NCBI GenBank assembly: GCA_964016885.1
Contig: OZ024743.1
Span: forward strand, 329,778,001-329,842,000
DNA from: Eledone cirrhosa
Lineage: Eukaryota
Direction: 5' to 3'
DNA: 64,000 nt
In this document: piece by piece, positions 15,100 to 30,099 of the stretch
How the letters are laid out: every line of letters begins with the position of its first letter
Position numbering within the stretch: the stretch's first letter is position 1
Program-made: the position numbers and the translations under genes
The notes under the pieces: model-generated
Database searches by the model: none
Told to the model about the DNA's origin: nothing
Seen by the model: the letters and a program-made list of their open reading frames with translations, nothing else

Positions 15100-15500
15100 T
15101 TGGAGGGACTAGCACCAAACTTTGGCATTGGGAGCTGGACCAACCGTCGAACAGGACGTCACTGTGTGGCGCCAAAGGTCCCGTCTTCCACATCTAGAAT
15201 AAGGAGCAGATATTGCAATAGCCCTCAACTCTTCAACAGGCTGCCGAGGGATCTGAGAGATTTGCCTGACGTGGAGGTGGATGTCTTCAAGAAACATCTC
15301 GATACCTTGCTATCCAGGATCCCGGATGAACCCACAGCAAGGCACAAGGGAAACCTAAGGACAGCAGCAACAAACTCCCTCTTACACCAATGGCCGACCT
15401 GTACAGGCTGGAGATAAAATGCGTAGCAACAAGGGCGGTGCCCCAGCATGGCCTCAGCCAGATGGCTGAAACATGTAAAAGAGTAAAAGAGTAAAAAAGA
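15100..15500 (+). mobile_element. CR1/L2-group LINE 3' end
   Basis: PQLFNRLPRDLRDL...FKKHLDTLLSRIPDEP...AATNSLL C-terminal motif, followed by a 3' UTR ggcggtgccccagcatggcc and a (GAGTAAAA)-like tail. Confidence 0.75.
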
Positions 15501-15514
15501 TATGTATATATATA

Positions 15515-16397
15515 CGAGATATGCCAGAAAAGTTCCAGGACTGATGTCACAAAAGATTTATTTCAAACCCAAACTTCACACTAAGAGTTTTCTCCTTCAA
15601 TTAATCCCCCTGGAGTCTAATGCACTTTTCCATCCTTTTCTGCCACGCTTCCATGCACTCCTCGAAGCATTCTTTCGGGATCCTCCGCAGTTCCGTCGTC
15701 ACGGCCTTTTTGATGTCGTCCACGTCTTCAAAACGTGTCCTCTCCGGGTCGTACTCGAAGATCCATGACTCATCACCGGTGATGACTGTCCCTAGCAATT
15801 CTGGTTCGGTTTCATGACGCTCGAGGATGTCCTGGCACATCTGCATGCGTAGACCCTTCTGGTCATCGTTCAGCAGTTTTAGCACCATCTTCGCGCAGAC
15901 TTTCCGCATGTCCAAATCTTCAGTGAGAATCTTCCAGACGCTGTCCCAATTCATGCTCAGCTCATTTGCCATCAGTCGAACAGTCAGCCGACGATCGCTA
16001 CGCACCATCTGCCTGACGCGCTCAACGTTGACCTCAGTCGTGGTTGTTGAGGGCATTCCGCTCCTGAGTCATATTGCACCACTCAAAAACACGTGAGCGT
16101 GACATCGTCTCATCTCCATACACTTGCTGCAGCAATCACAGTGCTTCTGACGGAATTTTCCCCAACCGTACCAGAAACTTCAAGTGTGTTCGTTGCTCTG
16201 TGCTCATTGCTTGACGACCTGAAACAGAGGACATGTATATAAAATTATGAAGAAAAAAGTTTGATCGCTGCAGAGAGCTAAGATTACAGTTACATACTCC
16301 AGGGGATTACTTTGAAGGAGAAAACTCTTAGTGTGAAGTTTGGGTTTGAAATAAATCTTTTGTGACATCAGTCCTGGAACTTTTCTAACACACCTCG
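15515..16397 (-). mobile_element. Mariner transposon, internally deleted, with about 100-bp terminal inverted repeats
   Basis: TIRs at about 15515-15615 and 16297-16397, flanked by TA. Transposase remnant with HTH (DRRLTVRLMA), the WVPREL-equivalent AKMVLKLL and ITGDESW, joined directly to the C-terminus RFEDVDDIK...WQKRMEKC. The second and third catalytic aspartates are deleted. Confidence 0.9.
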
Positions 16398-16473
16398 TAT
16401 ATATATATGTGTGTATGTATATATATGTAAATGGAAAATAAGGAAAATATACATACTTATATTTATATTTATG

Positions 16474-16548
<75 letters not shown>

Positions 16549-16574
16549 ATATATATATATACATACATACATGC

Positions 16575-16605
<31 letters not shown>

Positions 16606-16683
16606 AATATATATATATATGTTTATATATTTATATATATATGTGTGTGTGTGTGTGTATGTGTATATATATATATATTTACA

Positions 16684-16732
<49 letters not shown>

Positions 16733-17299
16733 CATAGTTGTTTGTTTAAAAAAAGAATTTTAATGGTTTCTCCTTAAAAAAAGCATTTTTGTTCAGCCTT
16801 CTTTTCCGTTGTCTTCTATTTGTCAATTATTCTATTTTTTTTTTTAATTATTAAACTGTGACGAACGTGTTCATTCTTCTCCCCCCGATAATTTGTATGG
16901 TTATATTTAACACGATTTTTTACTTTCTTCTTCTTGGCTTTTTTACCTCCATGTTTTCAGTCTCACGAGATTATCATTACTATAAAAAAGCTCAATGCTT
17001 TCTCCTAGTAGTCACATGAAATACCATGTGTACCTGTTATGGCTTAAGTGTTGTAAGTTATTGTTTTGTCTTGTCTTTTACACCAGACACTGCACTCTGT
17101 CTTGTTTGTCAGATGCTGTGACCCCGGGAGAACCAGCAGTATTGTTGGTAGGGGTCAAAATCATCAGATTGGGATTTACTTCCCTCATTCTACAATCGTT
17201 GTTATATACATTTGGATGATAACTATTATGCAACAGTTATGACCTCATCAGACAGCTATTAGTTGAACAGAAAAAATATGAAGAAATAAATGTTTCTGA

Positions 17300-17501
17300 T
17301 TTAGACACAAGAGCAATATTTTGGATGAGGAGAAAGTCGATTATTTTGACCCCAGCACGTTACTGGTACTTTATTTTATCGACCCCGTAAGGATGAAAGG
17401 TAAAACTAACCCCAGTGGGATTTGAAATCAGAATGTAAAGGACCGAAACTATGCTGTGAAACATGGTGTACAACGCTCTACCAATACTGCCAATCCACCG
17501 C
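17300..17501 (-). mobile_element. tRNA-derived SINE, dominant family
   Basis: Reverse complement of the consensus (tactggtactttattttatcgaccccgtaaggatgaaagg). Confidence 0.8.
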
Positions 17502-17844
17502 TCTTATAAAGAAGAAATAATATTTTTTATTTCTTCATGTTTTTATGCGTTCAATTAATAGCTGTCTGGGAATATTCCTGTTGTTAAAACAACGGAATCC
17601 TCTTTGCAAGGGGATGAACATTCCACAATCATGTATACTCAATGCGACACGCTTGACCCTTTGAATTACTGATACAACTCATTTTTTGCCAGCTGAATGG
17701 ACTTGACCAATGTGGCACAACATTCCGCTGAGAATCAAGCGCAACCCCTTACTATCATGAACGGGAAATTCTAACCATTAACCCATTACACATACATATA
17801 TACGTACATTTGTCGTCGATCAGCTAGATAGCGAGTAAACAAAT

Positions 17845-17931
<87 letters not shown>

Positions 17932-17951
17932 TTATATATTTATATATATAT

Positions 17952-18340
17952 TTAAACATACGGTATATTGTCAAATATACTATACATACATACATGTATA
18001 CATCGCTGTTTCAGAGCACCAATCCTAATACCTAATTTTTGCTGGACGGCAATCGCTCTGTATAATCAGCTCCTGATTATTACTGGAATTCTATAAGAAT
18101 CCAGTTTCTATAATTTTCGGTGGAAGTAGTGGAGTACGTGGCTCTGATGATCACCAACCAGCGGGAAACAGACTGTTAGCTTCTCTCCCTTCTTTCGTCG
18201 AAAAGAAGTAAGTGACATAGTCACTACTTTAAAACTGATAGCGTCTGGTCTTCTAAATGTTTTTAATTAAACATACGGTATATTGCCAAATATACTATAC
18301 ATACATTCATGTATACATCGCTATTTCAGAGCACCAATCG
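17952..18340 (+). mobile_element. Non-coding hammerhead element: 315-nt monomer + partial direct repeat, within (TA)n
   Basis: ttaaacatacggtatattg...cagagcaccaatc occurs at 17952 and 18267. A related copy lies in reverse orientation at about 40725-40955. Confidence 0.7.
18140..18181 (+). ncRNA. Minimal type I hammerhead ribozyme
   Basis: ggct-CTGATGA-tcaccaaccagcgg-GAAA-cag a ctg-TT-agct. Core intact, stem II decayed. Confidence 0.65.
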
Positions 18341-18488
18341 TTATATATATATATATATATATATATTCATACATAAAGAGAGATATAGAGGTGAGGGGGT
18401 GGAGAAACACCTACAGACAAACAGTTAGAGAGAGAGAATGAATGAAGTAATCAGTTAGTCAGAGTGAGAAAGGAAACAGACAATGAGT

Positions 18489-18663
<175 letters not shown>

Positions 18664-18960
18664 CCAACATCCGGCAGGCTGAAATATAACAAACTTCTCT
18701 ATTCATTTTCAACCTGTTTCTAAAGATAAACATGTTCTTATATTCATTCTAAGACATAATCTGAGATTATTGTTTATATTTGATACCAAACTTTGGTGAA
18801 TTCCTCCACTGAACCCGGAAAATATTACTCTCGATTCTACACTCCCAAACACCAAACTTTCTCATTTTTCCTTCAGCTAATTTTTCTACTACAAACATTC
18901 AGTATGTAAAACGCCTCACCTTTTTCCCAATATTTCTGAACTAATTATAATCCCTATCAT

Positions 18961-19149
18961 AATTATTTCTACTTTCGACACAAGGCCAGCAATTAACCAG
19001 TGCATTACTGGTACTTTATTTTATCATCCTCGTAAGGATGAAAGGCAAAGTTAACCTCAGCGGTTTCGGAACTCAGAATGGCAAGGGCCGTAACTCTCTG
19101 CGTCAAAGCATGGCGTCCGACCCTCTACCAATCTACTGCCAATCCACTG
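18961..19149 (-). mobile_element. tRNA-derived SINE, dominant family
   Basis: Reverse complement of the consensus. Confidence 0.85.
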
Positions 19150-19188
19150 CATATATATATATATATATAAAAGCTTTCTCCGATAATG

Positions 19189-19264
<76 letters not shown>

Positions 19265-19328
19265 TATGTTATGGAATACTGTTAGCTTCTCGCTACAACA
19301 ATTTCTATACCTTTCATTTATATGTATA

Positions 19329-19421
<93 letters not shown>

Positions 19422-19564
19422 CCTATCATAATAATTGTAAAGCCTTTTGGTCTGTATGTCACACAAACACTATACGTTGTTAAACACGTGTGTGGTGGTG
19501 GGATCTAAATCTTACACAATACCTTCCTTCGCACCAGAAACCAATATTTTCTCTCTACGCTGTC

Positions 19565-19616
<52 letters not shown>

Positions 19617-19716
19617 CCCTCTCTCTCTCACTCACTCACTCACTCACTCACTCACTCACTCACTCACTCTCTCTCTCATTATATATATATATATATATAT
19701 ATATATAAGCGGGATT

Positions 19717-19904
19717 GGCGGTGGATTGGCAGTATCGGTAGAGAGTCGGACACCATGCTTTCTAGCATAGTTACGTCCCTTTACGGACAGAGTTCAAATC
19801 CCGTCGAGGTTAACTTTGCCTTTCATCCTTACGGGGTCGATAAAATAAAGTACCAGTAATGTACTGAGTAATTGCTGGCCTTGTGCCAAAAGTAGAAACA
19901 ATTA
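19717..19904 (+). mobile_element. tRNA-derived SINE, dominant family
   Basis: Full match to the consensus. Confidence 0.85.
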
Positions 19905-20164
19905 TATATATATATATAATTACATACACGGAGAAAGCTATTAGTAATACTCCGACAAATTTCCAACTCACTCAACAAACATTAGGAAATACCGGAGTAT
20001 ATTCCCAATTAAACGTTTGGGGTGCTAACTATATTGTATTGTGTGGATAATTGGCTGTATTATTTTATATGAGATATATTAAATAACTCATATATATATA
20101 TATTAATATAAGGAATTCCAACTTTGTCTGATTTACTCGTTTTATTTACAATCCTTTAAAATTA

Positions 20165-20323
20165 TAATTGTTTTTCTTTAGGCACAAGGCCAGCAATTAC
20201 CCAGTACATTACTGGTACTTTATTTTATCGACCCCGTAAGGTTGAAAGGCAAAGTTAACCTTGGCGGGATTTGAACTCAGAATGGCAAGGGCCGTAACTC
20301 TATGCGTCAAAGCATGGTGTCCG
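20165..20323 (-). mobile_element. tRNA-derived SINE, dominant family, 5' truncated
   Basis: Reverse complement of the consensus. Confidence 0.8.
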
Positions 20324-20879
20324 TAAAATTATAATGATATTATAAGGAAGCAGTATGGTAGAATATTAAATGTTAAATGTTAATTGAACAAGTACTTTCA
20401 TGCTTTCGCAATCTTCAGGTTCATATTCAGTGGTGACAGTCAAGTTTGCAATTTTCAACTGTAATGAGATGGCTAAAATCTGTGCCTTATATACAGTAAA
20501 AAGGGGCTACAGAATGCTAAGTTTTGCAAACTGTATTTCCACCAATCGGTGTGTGGTTTCACTAGATTACTAAAGCTGATTGGTTTAGGCGTCACGGTTT
20601 GTTGAGCATGTCTAACGACTTCTATTTGACCCTATCCAAAGCATCAATTGTTTTGCTATTTTTAGAAATGATGAAAATAGCATTTTCTAGGTTGTTTTTT
20701 TTTAAATCTTCAGTAATCATCAACATTAACATCACTTTTATCATTATTATTGTTGTTGTTGTTGTTGTTAGTGGTGGTAGTCGACATGGTCATAGGCGTA
20801 GTCATAGTAGGAGTAATACCCCTAAACATTATTATTGTTCATTTAGCTTGGATTGGAATTTATCAATAAAATTCTTTTC

Positions 20880-22430
20880 TTTAATGTTTCTCTTGATTTC
20901 ACTTGGGCTGTGTAGTTTGTAGAATGGAAATATTATAAATATTTTCTGACCACATCTTGCTAGATGGTTACTCAGGTGTATCTGACGGACATTTGGATCT
21001 CTGATTTGCTGTCGGTGCACCCGTGCACGTTCCGATAGTGCATTTCCAGTTTGACCGACATATATTCTTCACAATTCGGGCATTTAATGCAGTAAATTAG
21101 ATTTCTGCTTTTGCAGTTCATATTTGCATTTGGGAATATTTTTCCAGTTTTTGTGCTCATATATTGACCAGTATGTATGAACTGACATGTGCAACATCGA
21201 CTATCATTGCATTTAGATACAGTGAATGATTGGTCTTTGTTGTTAAGGTCAAACTTTGCCTTCGTTAGTAATTGCTTCAAAGTTTTCGGCTGTCTTTTAC
21301 TAAGAATCAAAGATCGGTTTGTGATTTAACCTTTTAATTCATTTCTTTGAGCAATGATCGGTAGGTTTGCTTTGGCAGTGTTGAAGATATTCTGGTGACA
21401 TGGGTTGTGTGTCATTATACATGGTATGACCAGTTCTTGGTTTCTTCTTCCTTGGATTGTTGCATAGGTATTTTTATAGCCCACTGTATAAGTAGAGATG
21501 GATATTTTTGTTTGAGCAAAAATTCTCTCAGTTCTGTTAGGCGTTTGTTCCTGGTATTCGTATCTTCTACAATGGTACAAATTCTTCTGGCTAGGCAGTA
21601 TGGGATGTTGCGTTTTGTATGAGGTGGATGGCACGACTTAAAATTCAGATATTGATGGGTGTCTGTGTGTTTATAGTATATATCCGTGGTAATGGTGGTG
21701 TCGTTTTTGATTACCATTATATCTAGGAATGGTAATTTTGTACTACTCATCCCTTTTGTAAAATGGAGAGATGGGTGTAGGTTATTCAGGAGGATATTGA
21801 ACTCAGCCAGAGTATCTAGAGATTCTGTCCAGATGAGGAAACAGTCGTCAAAGTATCTCTTCCAAGACTTTTCAATGTACACTCTAAATTCAGTGCTATA
21901 TTTTTCCTCTATTTCTTGGTAGAGTTGTTGTTCTAAGTATCCAATTACAGAGTTCACGTAAACGGGAGCAAACTTTGTTCCCATCACTGTGCCTCTAATT
22001 TGGATGTAATTCTTTCCATTGAAGAAGAAAGTGTTGTTTTCCAGAATAAGTCTGACTGCGTCTAATATAAATGGCGCTGTGAATCTGATGGGAATCACTT
22101 TTCTATGTTTTTCCACCCAGTATTTAACCGCCTTTATTCCTAAATCATGTGTAATGTTGGTGTAAAGGCTTACCACATCAAAACTAAGTAGAAGTGAATT
22201 CGTTTCCGTGGTTTTGGGAAGATGGGACAGGAAGTCAATATCATCCCGGATGAAACTGGGTATGTGAATACATAGTGGTTTCAAAATAATGTCAACAAAA
22301 TTGCTTACACGGTGGGTAGGGCATGTTGGACCAGCTATAATAGGTCTAAGTTTTAAGTCTTTTGGGTGTAGTAATTTAATGCACTCACTTTTTTGTTCCT
22401 TTACTGCCAGTTGGATTTCTTTTGATTTAT
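20880..22430 (-). mobile_element. Penelope-like element (Neptune-like): RT + Cys linker + GIY-YIG, 5' truncated and frameshifted
   Basis: RPIIAGP, SFDVVSLYTNI, QIRGTVMGTKFAP, RYFDD, LPFLD, DIYYKHTDTHQYL..SCHP (RT). Linker KCNDSRCCTC. Endonuclease NLIYCIKCPNC..YxGQTG. Confidence 0.92.
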
Positions 22431-22459
22431 GAATTTAATTATAATTAAAACAATAATAA

Positions 22460-24280
22460 TTATTATTGTTTTATCATTTTGTATACGTTTAAGTGCAGAC
22501 ATTTCCCCGTTCTCTCCTACCACCTTCTGGTACCCAATCCATGGCAATATAAGCAGGTCGATCTGCCGGCAAACGAAGGTTGTGGCCCGTGAACCGCCGT
22601 CTCCTTTTCCGGACAATGTCCCTTAACCTCTCCAACCCTGACATTCTCATCACTTCCTCGTTGCTAACTTGGTCTCTCAATGAAATTTACAATGTGGTCC
22701 GAATGCAACGACGGTGGAATACATCAAGCTTGTTACATATACTTTCCGTACTCTTCCATGTCTCACAGGCATATGTCACTGTTGGTACTACAATGGACAT
22801 GTAAACACGGAATTTGACGGCGTTGCCGATGGAACACCCAGACCATGCCGGACGGAGTCGCTGGAAAACCGTCGCTGCTTTTCCCAGCCTTGTGCGCACA
22901 TCCACCTCAGCATCCTCATCGTCAGAGATGTTGCTGGCAAGGTATTGGAAGTGGTTTACGCATTCAATGTTACGCTGACCAACCATGATGGGATGATTTG
23001 GATGGTCACCTGTCGACAGCGTCTTGGTTTTTTCACAAATGATGCGCAGGCCAACTTTCTCTGCTTTGTCATTTAGAACGTTTGTCATCTCTTGCAGGTC
23101 TTCTCGGGAATGACCTATCACTGCGATGTCATCGGCAAAGTCCAGGTCGCTTAATCTCCTTCCATCCCAACTGATGCCAAAACGAGGGTCACTCATTGTC
23201 TTCTTCATGATGAAATCGATGGCAATGAGGAAAAGGAAAGGCGAAAGGATGCAGCCTTGTCGAACACCCGTCATGATGTCAAACATTTCCGTGTTTCCAT
23301 CCTTTGTCCTAACGCAGCACCTGAAATGTCGGTACAGCGACCTGAAGATGTTAATATATTTCTCTGGGACACCGTAGAGTCTTACAATCTTCCACAATGA
23401 CTCTCGATGAACACTGTCGAAAGCTTTCCTGAAGTCAATGTAGTTGACAACAAGGGACCTGTGGAACTCCCGACATTGTTCAATGATATTTCGGAGAGTG
23501 AAGATCTGCTCTGAACAAGACCTTCCACTGCGGAAGCCAGCCTGTTCGTCTCGAAGATGACGATCTACTTCTGCTCTCAGCCGATTCAGGATGACTGTGC
23601 AGAATACCTTCCCTGGCACTGATAGCAACGTGATCCCTCTCCAGTTGTTGCAGTCGCTGAGTCAGCCCTTCTTCGGTAGTGGTACAATCACTCCATTTTC
23701 CAGTCCTCCTGCACCTCCTCTTCTTGCCAAATCACATTGCATAAATGGGTGAGCTGCTCCTCTATTACATCCTTGCCGTGCTTCAGAAGCTCTGGAGGAA
23801 TCTCATCCAGCCCTGCCGCTTTGTTATACTTTTGGCAGCGGATGGCTTTGGCCACCTCAGCTCTTGTGATGTCGTCTAGTCGTACATCCAGCCGGTAGCT
23901 CGCTTCCTCCCAGTCAAGCTCTAAGACTGTGTTGGTGGATGGCTGATTGAGGACCTCACGAAAGTGTTCGTTCCACCTCTGGGCCTGCTCTTCACTAGCT
24001 GCAAGCATCAGGCCATATGTGCTCTTGATTGGCAAACTGCTGCTTCCACTTCGTCCTCCAGTTAGCTCTCTGACGATCGGGTACAGCATCTTGGAATCAG
24101 TTCGATCTGCTGCCATCTGTGCCTTTGCAGCCCGATCTTCTAACCACTGGAGCTTGTCTTTTCGACAGCTCTTCTTTACTTCCTTGTCAAGACGTCTGTA
24201 CTCTTTGTCCACTTCCTTCCATTGCTGTCGAGTTTTGGTTTTATCTCTTTTGTTCTTAACATCCTTCCTCTCGTCAATGA
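22460..24280 (-). mobile_element. RTE-clade LINE, 5' truncated, reverse transcriptase region
   Basis: ORF 22687-23628 has QAGFRSGRS, IDFRKAFDSV, GVRQGCILSP, LDFADD and TYACETW. An upstream frame has [14 protein letters not shown]. There is a frameshift near 23660-23690. Confidence 0.92.
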
Positions 24281-24301
24281 GATATATATATATATACATA
24301 T

Positions 24302-24391
<90 letters not shown>

Positions 24392-24431
24392 ATATATGTA
24401 TATATACATATATATATGTATATATATATAC

Positions 24432-24482
<51 letters not shown>

Positions 24483-24541
24483 TATATACATATAAATATA
24501 TGTATATATATACATATATATATACATATATATATACATAC

Positions 24542-24614
<73 letters not shown>

Positions 24615-24704
24615 TATACATATATACATATATATATTTATATATATATATATTTATATATGTATATATACATATATATATATACATATATACATATATA
24701 TATT

Positions 24705-24760
<56 letters not shown>

Positions 24761-24780
24761 CATATATACATATATATATT

Positions 24781-24850
<70 letters not shown>

Positions 24851-24879
24851 GTTATGTAATAAATAACATAAGGCAATTA

Positions 24880-24940
24880 TTTCATTTACCAGTGGTTTGT
24901 TAAAAGCAAAAAAATGTAGCCTTCAATCATCAGAATGAAA
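24880..24940 (-). ncRNA. Type I hammerhead ribozyme with a G12C substitution (probably inactive copy)
   Basis: Minus strand: tttcatt-CTGATGA-ttgaaggc...gcttttaa-CAAA-cca c tgg-TA-aatgaaa. 7-bp stem I and 8-bp stem II. Confidence 0.7.
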
Positions 24941-25764
24941 AAATCCTGGTGTATTTATTGGCGTTGGATTTTAAAAACAAAAATATAATCTACATGAAAG
25001 TGAGGCTGAAAAAGGAAGAAGGAAAGGAAAAATAAAAACACACATGCAAACAAACACACACAATTATATACATACACATATATATATATATACATACTCA
25101 CATACATACACACACACATATACAAACACACACGCACATATATATGTGTATATATATCCATACACATACATATACACATACATACACACACTCATAAATA
25201 TCAACATATCCATACATACACATACATACAAATACACAAACGTGCATACACACACATATACATGCATATATATATATATACATAAACATATATATACATA
25301 CACACACATACATATATATATGCACACATACATATATATATATATACATATACATACATATATACATACACATACATACATACATACACACAATCATACG
25401 TATATACACATGTACATACATACACATACATACACATACATGTACATGCATACATACGCATGCACAAATATAGAAATGTATACACACACCTACATACTCA
25501 CACACATAAATAAATATAAGAAAAAAAAAATATAATAATAAAAAAAATAAAAATGAATATAAAGATTATTATAGTGTTGACAGCGATACAGGCAACAAAT
25601 AAATGAACAAACACACGTGGTAAGCAATACACACAAATACACGTACACATACATACGTAAAAATAAATACATACACACACTCTCACACATACACATACAT
25701 ATACAAATACATAAACACATGCATACACATATACATACACACACACATATACATATATACAATC

Positions 25765-25853
<89 letters not shown>

Positions 25854-26086
25854 CATACATATCCATACATACATACACATACATATACATACATATCACA
25901 AACACATACATACAAATATAAACACACATATATGTGTGTAAACTCATTCTTAGATAATTCATATGAACCTTGTTTAACTCTAAAATATATATACACATAT
26001 ATATATATACACATATATACATATACATATATATATATATACAAATATATACCTACACACACATATACATACGCATACGTATGCAT

Positions 26087-26163
<77 letters not shown>

Positions 26164-26654
26164 ATTATATATATATATATGAGAAAGAACATAAATATTA
26201 TATATATAAAAAAACCTAAATATTGTATATATAAAAAAATAAAAATAAAAATGAAAATAAAAAGTTGGGAATACGACAAATAATAAATAAAAAAATATAT
26301 TTAGAAAAGGGTATAAATGTTTATAGCAGATTTAGAGCACTCAACAAGTTCCTGGAGCAAAAGGTCAATGAAAATAAGCATTAAAATCACTATGTAATTA
26401 TGCATATACATACACACATACATATATATATATATAAACATATATATACATATATATACATACTCACACACACAGAAAAACACAACCACAGAAATACACA
26501 CACACATACAATTACGTATATATATATATATACACACACATAGGAAAAAGTCTGACCCCACGGCAGAGCTCAAGCCGTTTCTGAGGCTATTATATATATA
26601 CACACTAAACCATTATATAAAAAATACATATCCACGCACAAATATACACACGCC

Positions 26655-26775
<121 letters not shown>

Positions 26776-26819
26776 ATGTATATGTGTGTGTATATGTATA
26801 TGTGTATGTATATATATGT

Positions 26820-27500
<681 letters not shown>

Positions 27501-27516
27501 ACATACACATATACAT

Positions 27517-27619
<103 letters not shown>

Positions 27620-27774
27620 TACATATACGCAACACACAAAAAAAATAAATATCTAAAAATAAAAAATAAAAAAAGGGGGGAAATAAATGACATAGGAAAA
27701 GGTTTAAATATAAGGGGAGATAAGGGAGAAAGAGAATACGAGAGTACAGAACGTGGATTCAGCAGGTAAAAAAA

Positions 27775-28305
27775 AAAGCACGGATTTGGTGTTACATTTG
27801 CCCTGTAATGGGCATTCATGCGGCTTCCTGCAACTGCATCCTGGATTTGTTCTCGTACGATTTGAATTAGTGATCTTAGACTTCATTGATGGGCAACAAG
27901 AGTAACTGATCTTAACTACATTTCTATTAAATGTCTTATAATATCTATGATTAGGAGGAAAATGTTTATCTAAGAGGTCAAGGAATTTCCTTCTTACATT
28001 AGTTTTGACAGTTAGAGAGAAGGGGGGTGTAAACCAAATAATTTTCCTTTTCCTATTATTGTGGTTAGTTTTAGGGGGGGGGGGGTATTAAATAATAAAT
28101 TTGTTCTGTAAAACCGGTGTTATTAAGGGCTTTATTATAATAAGGGGCGGCTTTTTTAAAATTGTCTAGAGACGAAGATAAGGTAGAAATCCTACGGCTA
28201 ATGTTGAGAATAAGATTTTTAAAAACTATAGGGGGATGGCAAGACTCTTTGTGTATATATCTAAGATTTTCATTAGGTTTATGATATAACTATTAAGCTC
28301 TGTTA
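27775..28305 (-). mobile_element. Penelope-like element (Nematis-like) thumb/linker fragment
   Basis: Minus strand: [75 protein letters not shown]. Confidence 0.85.
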
Positions 28306-28464
28306 CCTACATAGAGCACTCTTTTTTCCTGGACTTTTCCGATGGAATTACTTCATTTACACATATATATATACATATATATATCTCTCTATATATATAT
28401 ATATATAAATATATACATACATATATATATCTATATATACATATATACATATATAAATATATAC

Positions 28465-28495
<31 letters not shown>

Positions 28496-28584
28496 CATAT
28501 ACATATATATATATATACATATATATACATATATATATACATATATATATACATATATATATACATATATATATACATATATAT

Positions 28585-28617
<33 letters not shown>

Positions 28618-28659
28618 TATATATATACATATATATATACATATATACATATATATACA

Positions 28660-28694
<35 letters not shown>

Positions 28695-28695
28695 G

Positions 28696-28727
<32 letters not shown>

Positions 28728-28744
28728 TATAAATATCACGATAC

Positions 28745-29202
28745 ATTAACGGAGCCATAGACTCTGCGTTCCCTGTAAATAATGTGCTCAAAGGAGAGGA
28801 AATCCTGGGCACTTTAAAATACAATATGTCGAAAAGGTAACACACTAGAGAGAGATACAGTACGCCATCAATAAAACAGGGAAAAACCACCAGTGTATGG
28901 AATCTATAACCTATGAAAAGCCGAATATAGACAGGATAATTAAATATATAAATTAAAGCGTAAATAAATACCTCTATAACTATATAACACACGTACAAAT
29001 CTAAAGTTATCTGTTTCGCCAGTAAGTTGTTGACGGAAATGAAATAACCCAGGTTCATCAGCGTCTGTTAGGCAGACAACACTAGCAGAATTTTTAAAGC
29101 GGCCGTCCAACTACACGTGTGAGAGAGAAGTCACAGCGTGTTTTTTCCCTGTTTTATTGATGGCGGGCTGTATCTCTCTCTAGTGTGTTACCTTTTCAAC
29201 AT

Positions 29203-29207
<5 letters not shown>
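28745..29207 (-). mobile_element. Non-coding hammerhead element with an about 68-bp inverted terminal copy, within (TA)n
   Basis: About 28820-28887 is the reverse complement of about 29140-29207. An HHR lies between them and (TA)n flanks both sides. Confidence 0.65.
28988..29067 (-). ncRNA. Type I hammerhead ribozyme
   Basis: Minus strand: cagacg-CTGATGA-acctgg...ctggc-GAAA-cagat...atttg-TA-cgtgtg. Core intact, stem II weak. Confidence 0.65.
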
Positions 29208-29237
<30 letters not shown>

Positions 29238-29241
<4 letters not shown>

Positions 29242-29338
29242 GTATCCCCAAAAATGTATACACACTTTGATTACCTGTACAGGCAATATTTATGAGAAAT
29301 CTTTTGAAGTGCATATTCATCTTTGGGACACTATGTAT
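29238..29338. mobile_element. Tc1/mariner-type MITE remnant
   Basis: Imperfect TIRs tgggtatccccaaaaatg / catctttgggacactatg, flanked by TA. Confidence 0.45.
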
Positions 29339-29359
29339 GTATGTATGTATGTATGTATG

Positions 29360-29435
<76 letters not shown>

Positions 29436-30099
29436 CAAGAGATGTCAACATGAATGGACCTATTATTTTTATCTAGAGTCATTGTTTTCCAATTCCATCC
29501 CGTCTATCCCCTTAATCTGGAGAGTATTGAAGTTTCCTTGAAGCATTATGGAATAATAAAACATTTGGTCGTTTTGGAAGCCTCAACATTGCAGGTGGGT
29601 AAATCTCCGGGTAACAGAATCCGGTGGTGAAGAGAGAGATGTAAGCGGAAATGTAGAATGAGACGTATAGTGTGTAGAGGGACGTAGGAAAGAACATAAA
29701 AATAATGACTTAAGATAGAGTTATCTTGGAAGAGATTTAATTGTCCCTATATTTCGGATTTCGCATCCATCAACTGGGGGAAAGTTTTCCCGAGGGGGGA
29801 AGTTTTTAGTCGGAGAGGAACGGTACGTGGCCTCTGTTGTCTGCCGTTTGTGTACAATATATATATATATATAAATATACATATATATACATACATATAT
29901 ATATACATACATATGCATGTATATACACACTCACACACATATACATATGATATACACTTCCCCCGGTCTCACTCTCATATAGATATACAAGCCTAATCCA
30001 CAAACAATAAATTTTGTTAAAATTTAGTGAATAAACTGAATGTAACTTATTCTGTGTATATAACAATGGGTTATGTACTGATATAATGTATCACTTTAA

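Noticed and set aside
20880-22430. Selenocysteine-encoding Naiad-type PLE
   Set aside because: The endonuclease is C-terminal to the RT, not N-terminal, and the disruptions are frameshifts rather than in-frame TGA at Cys positions.
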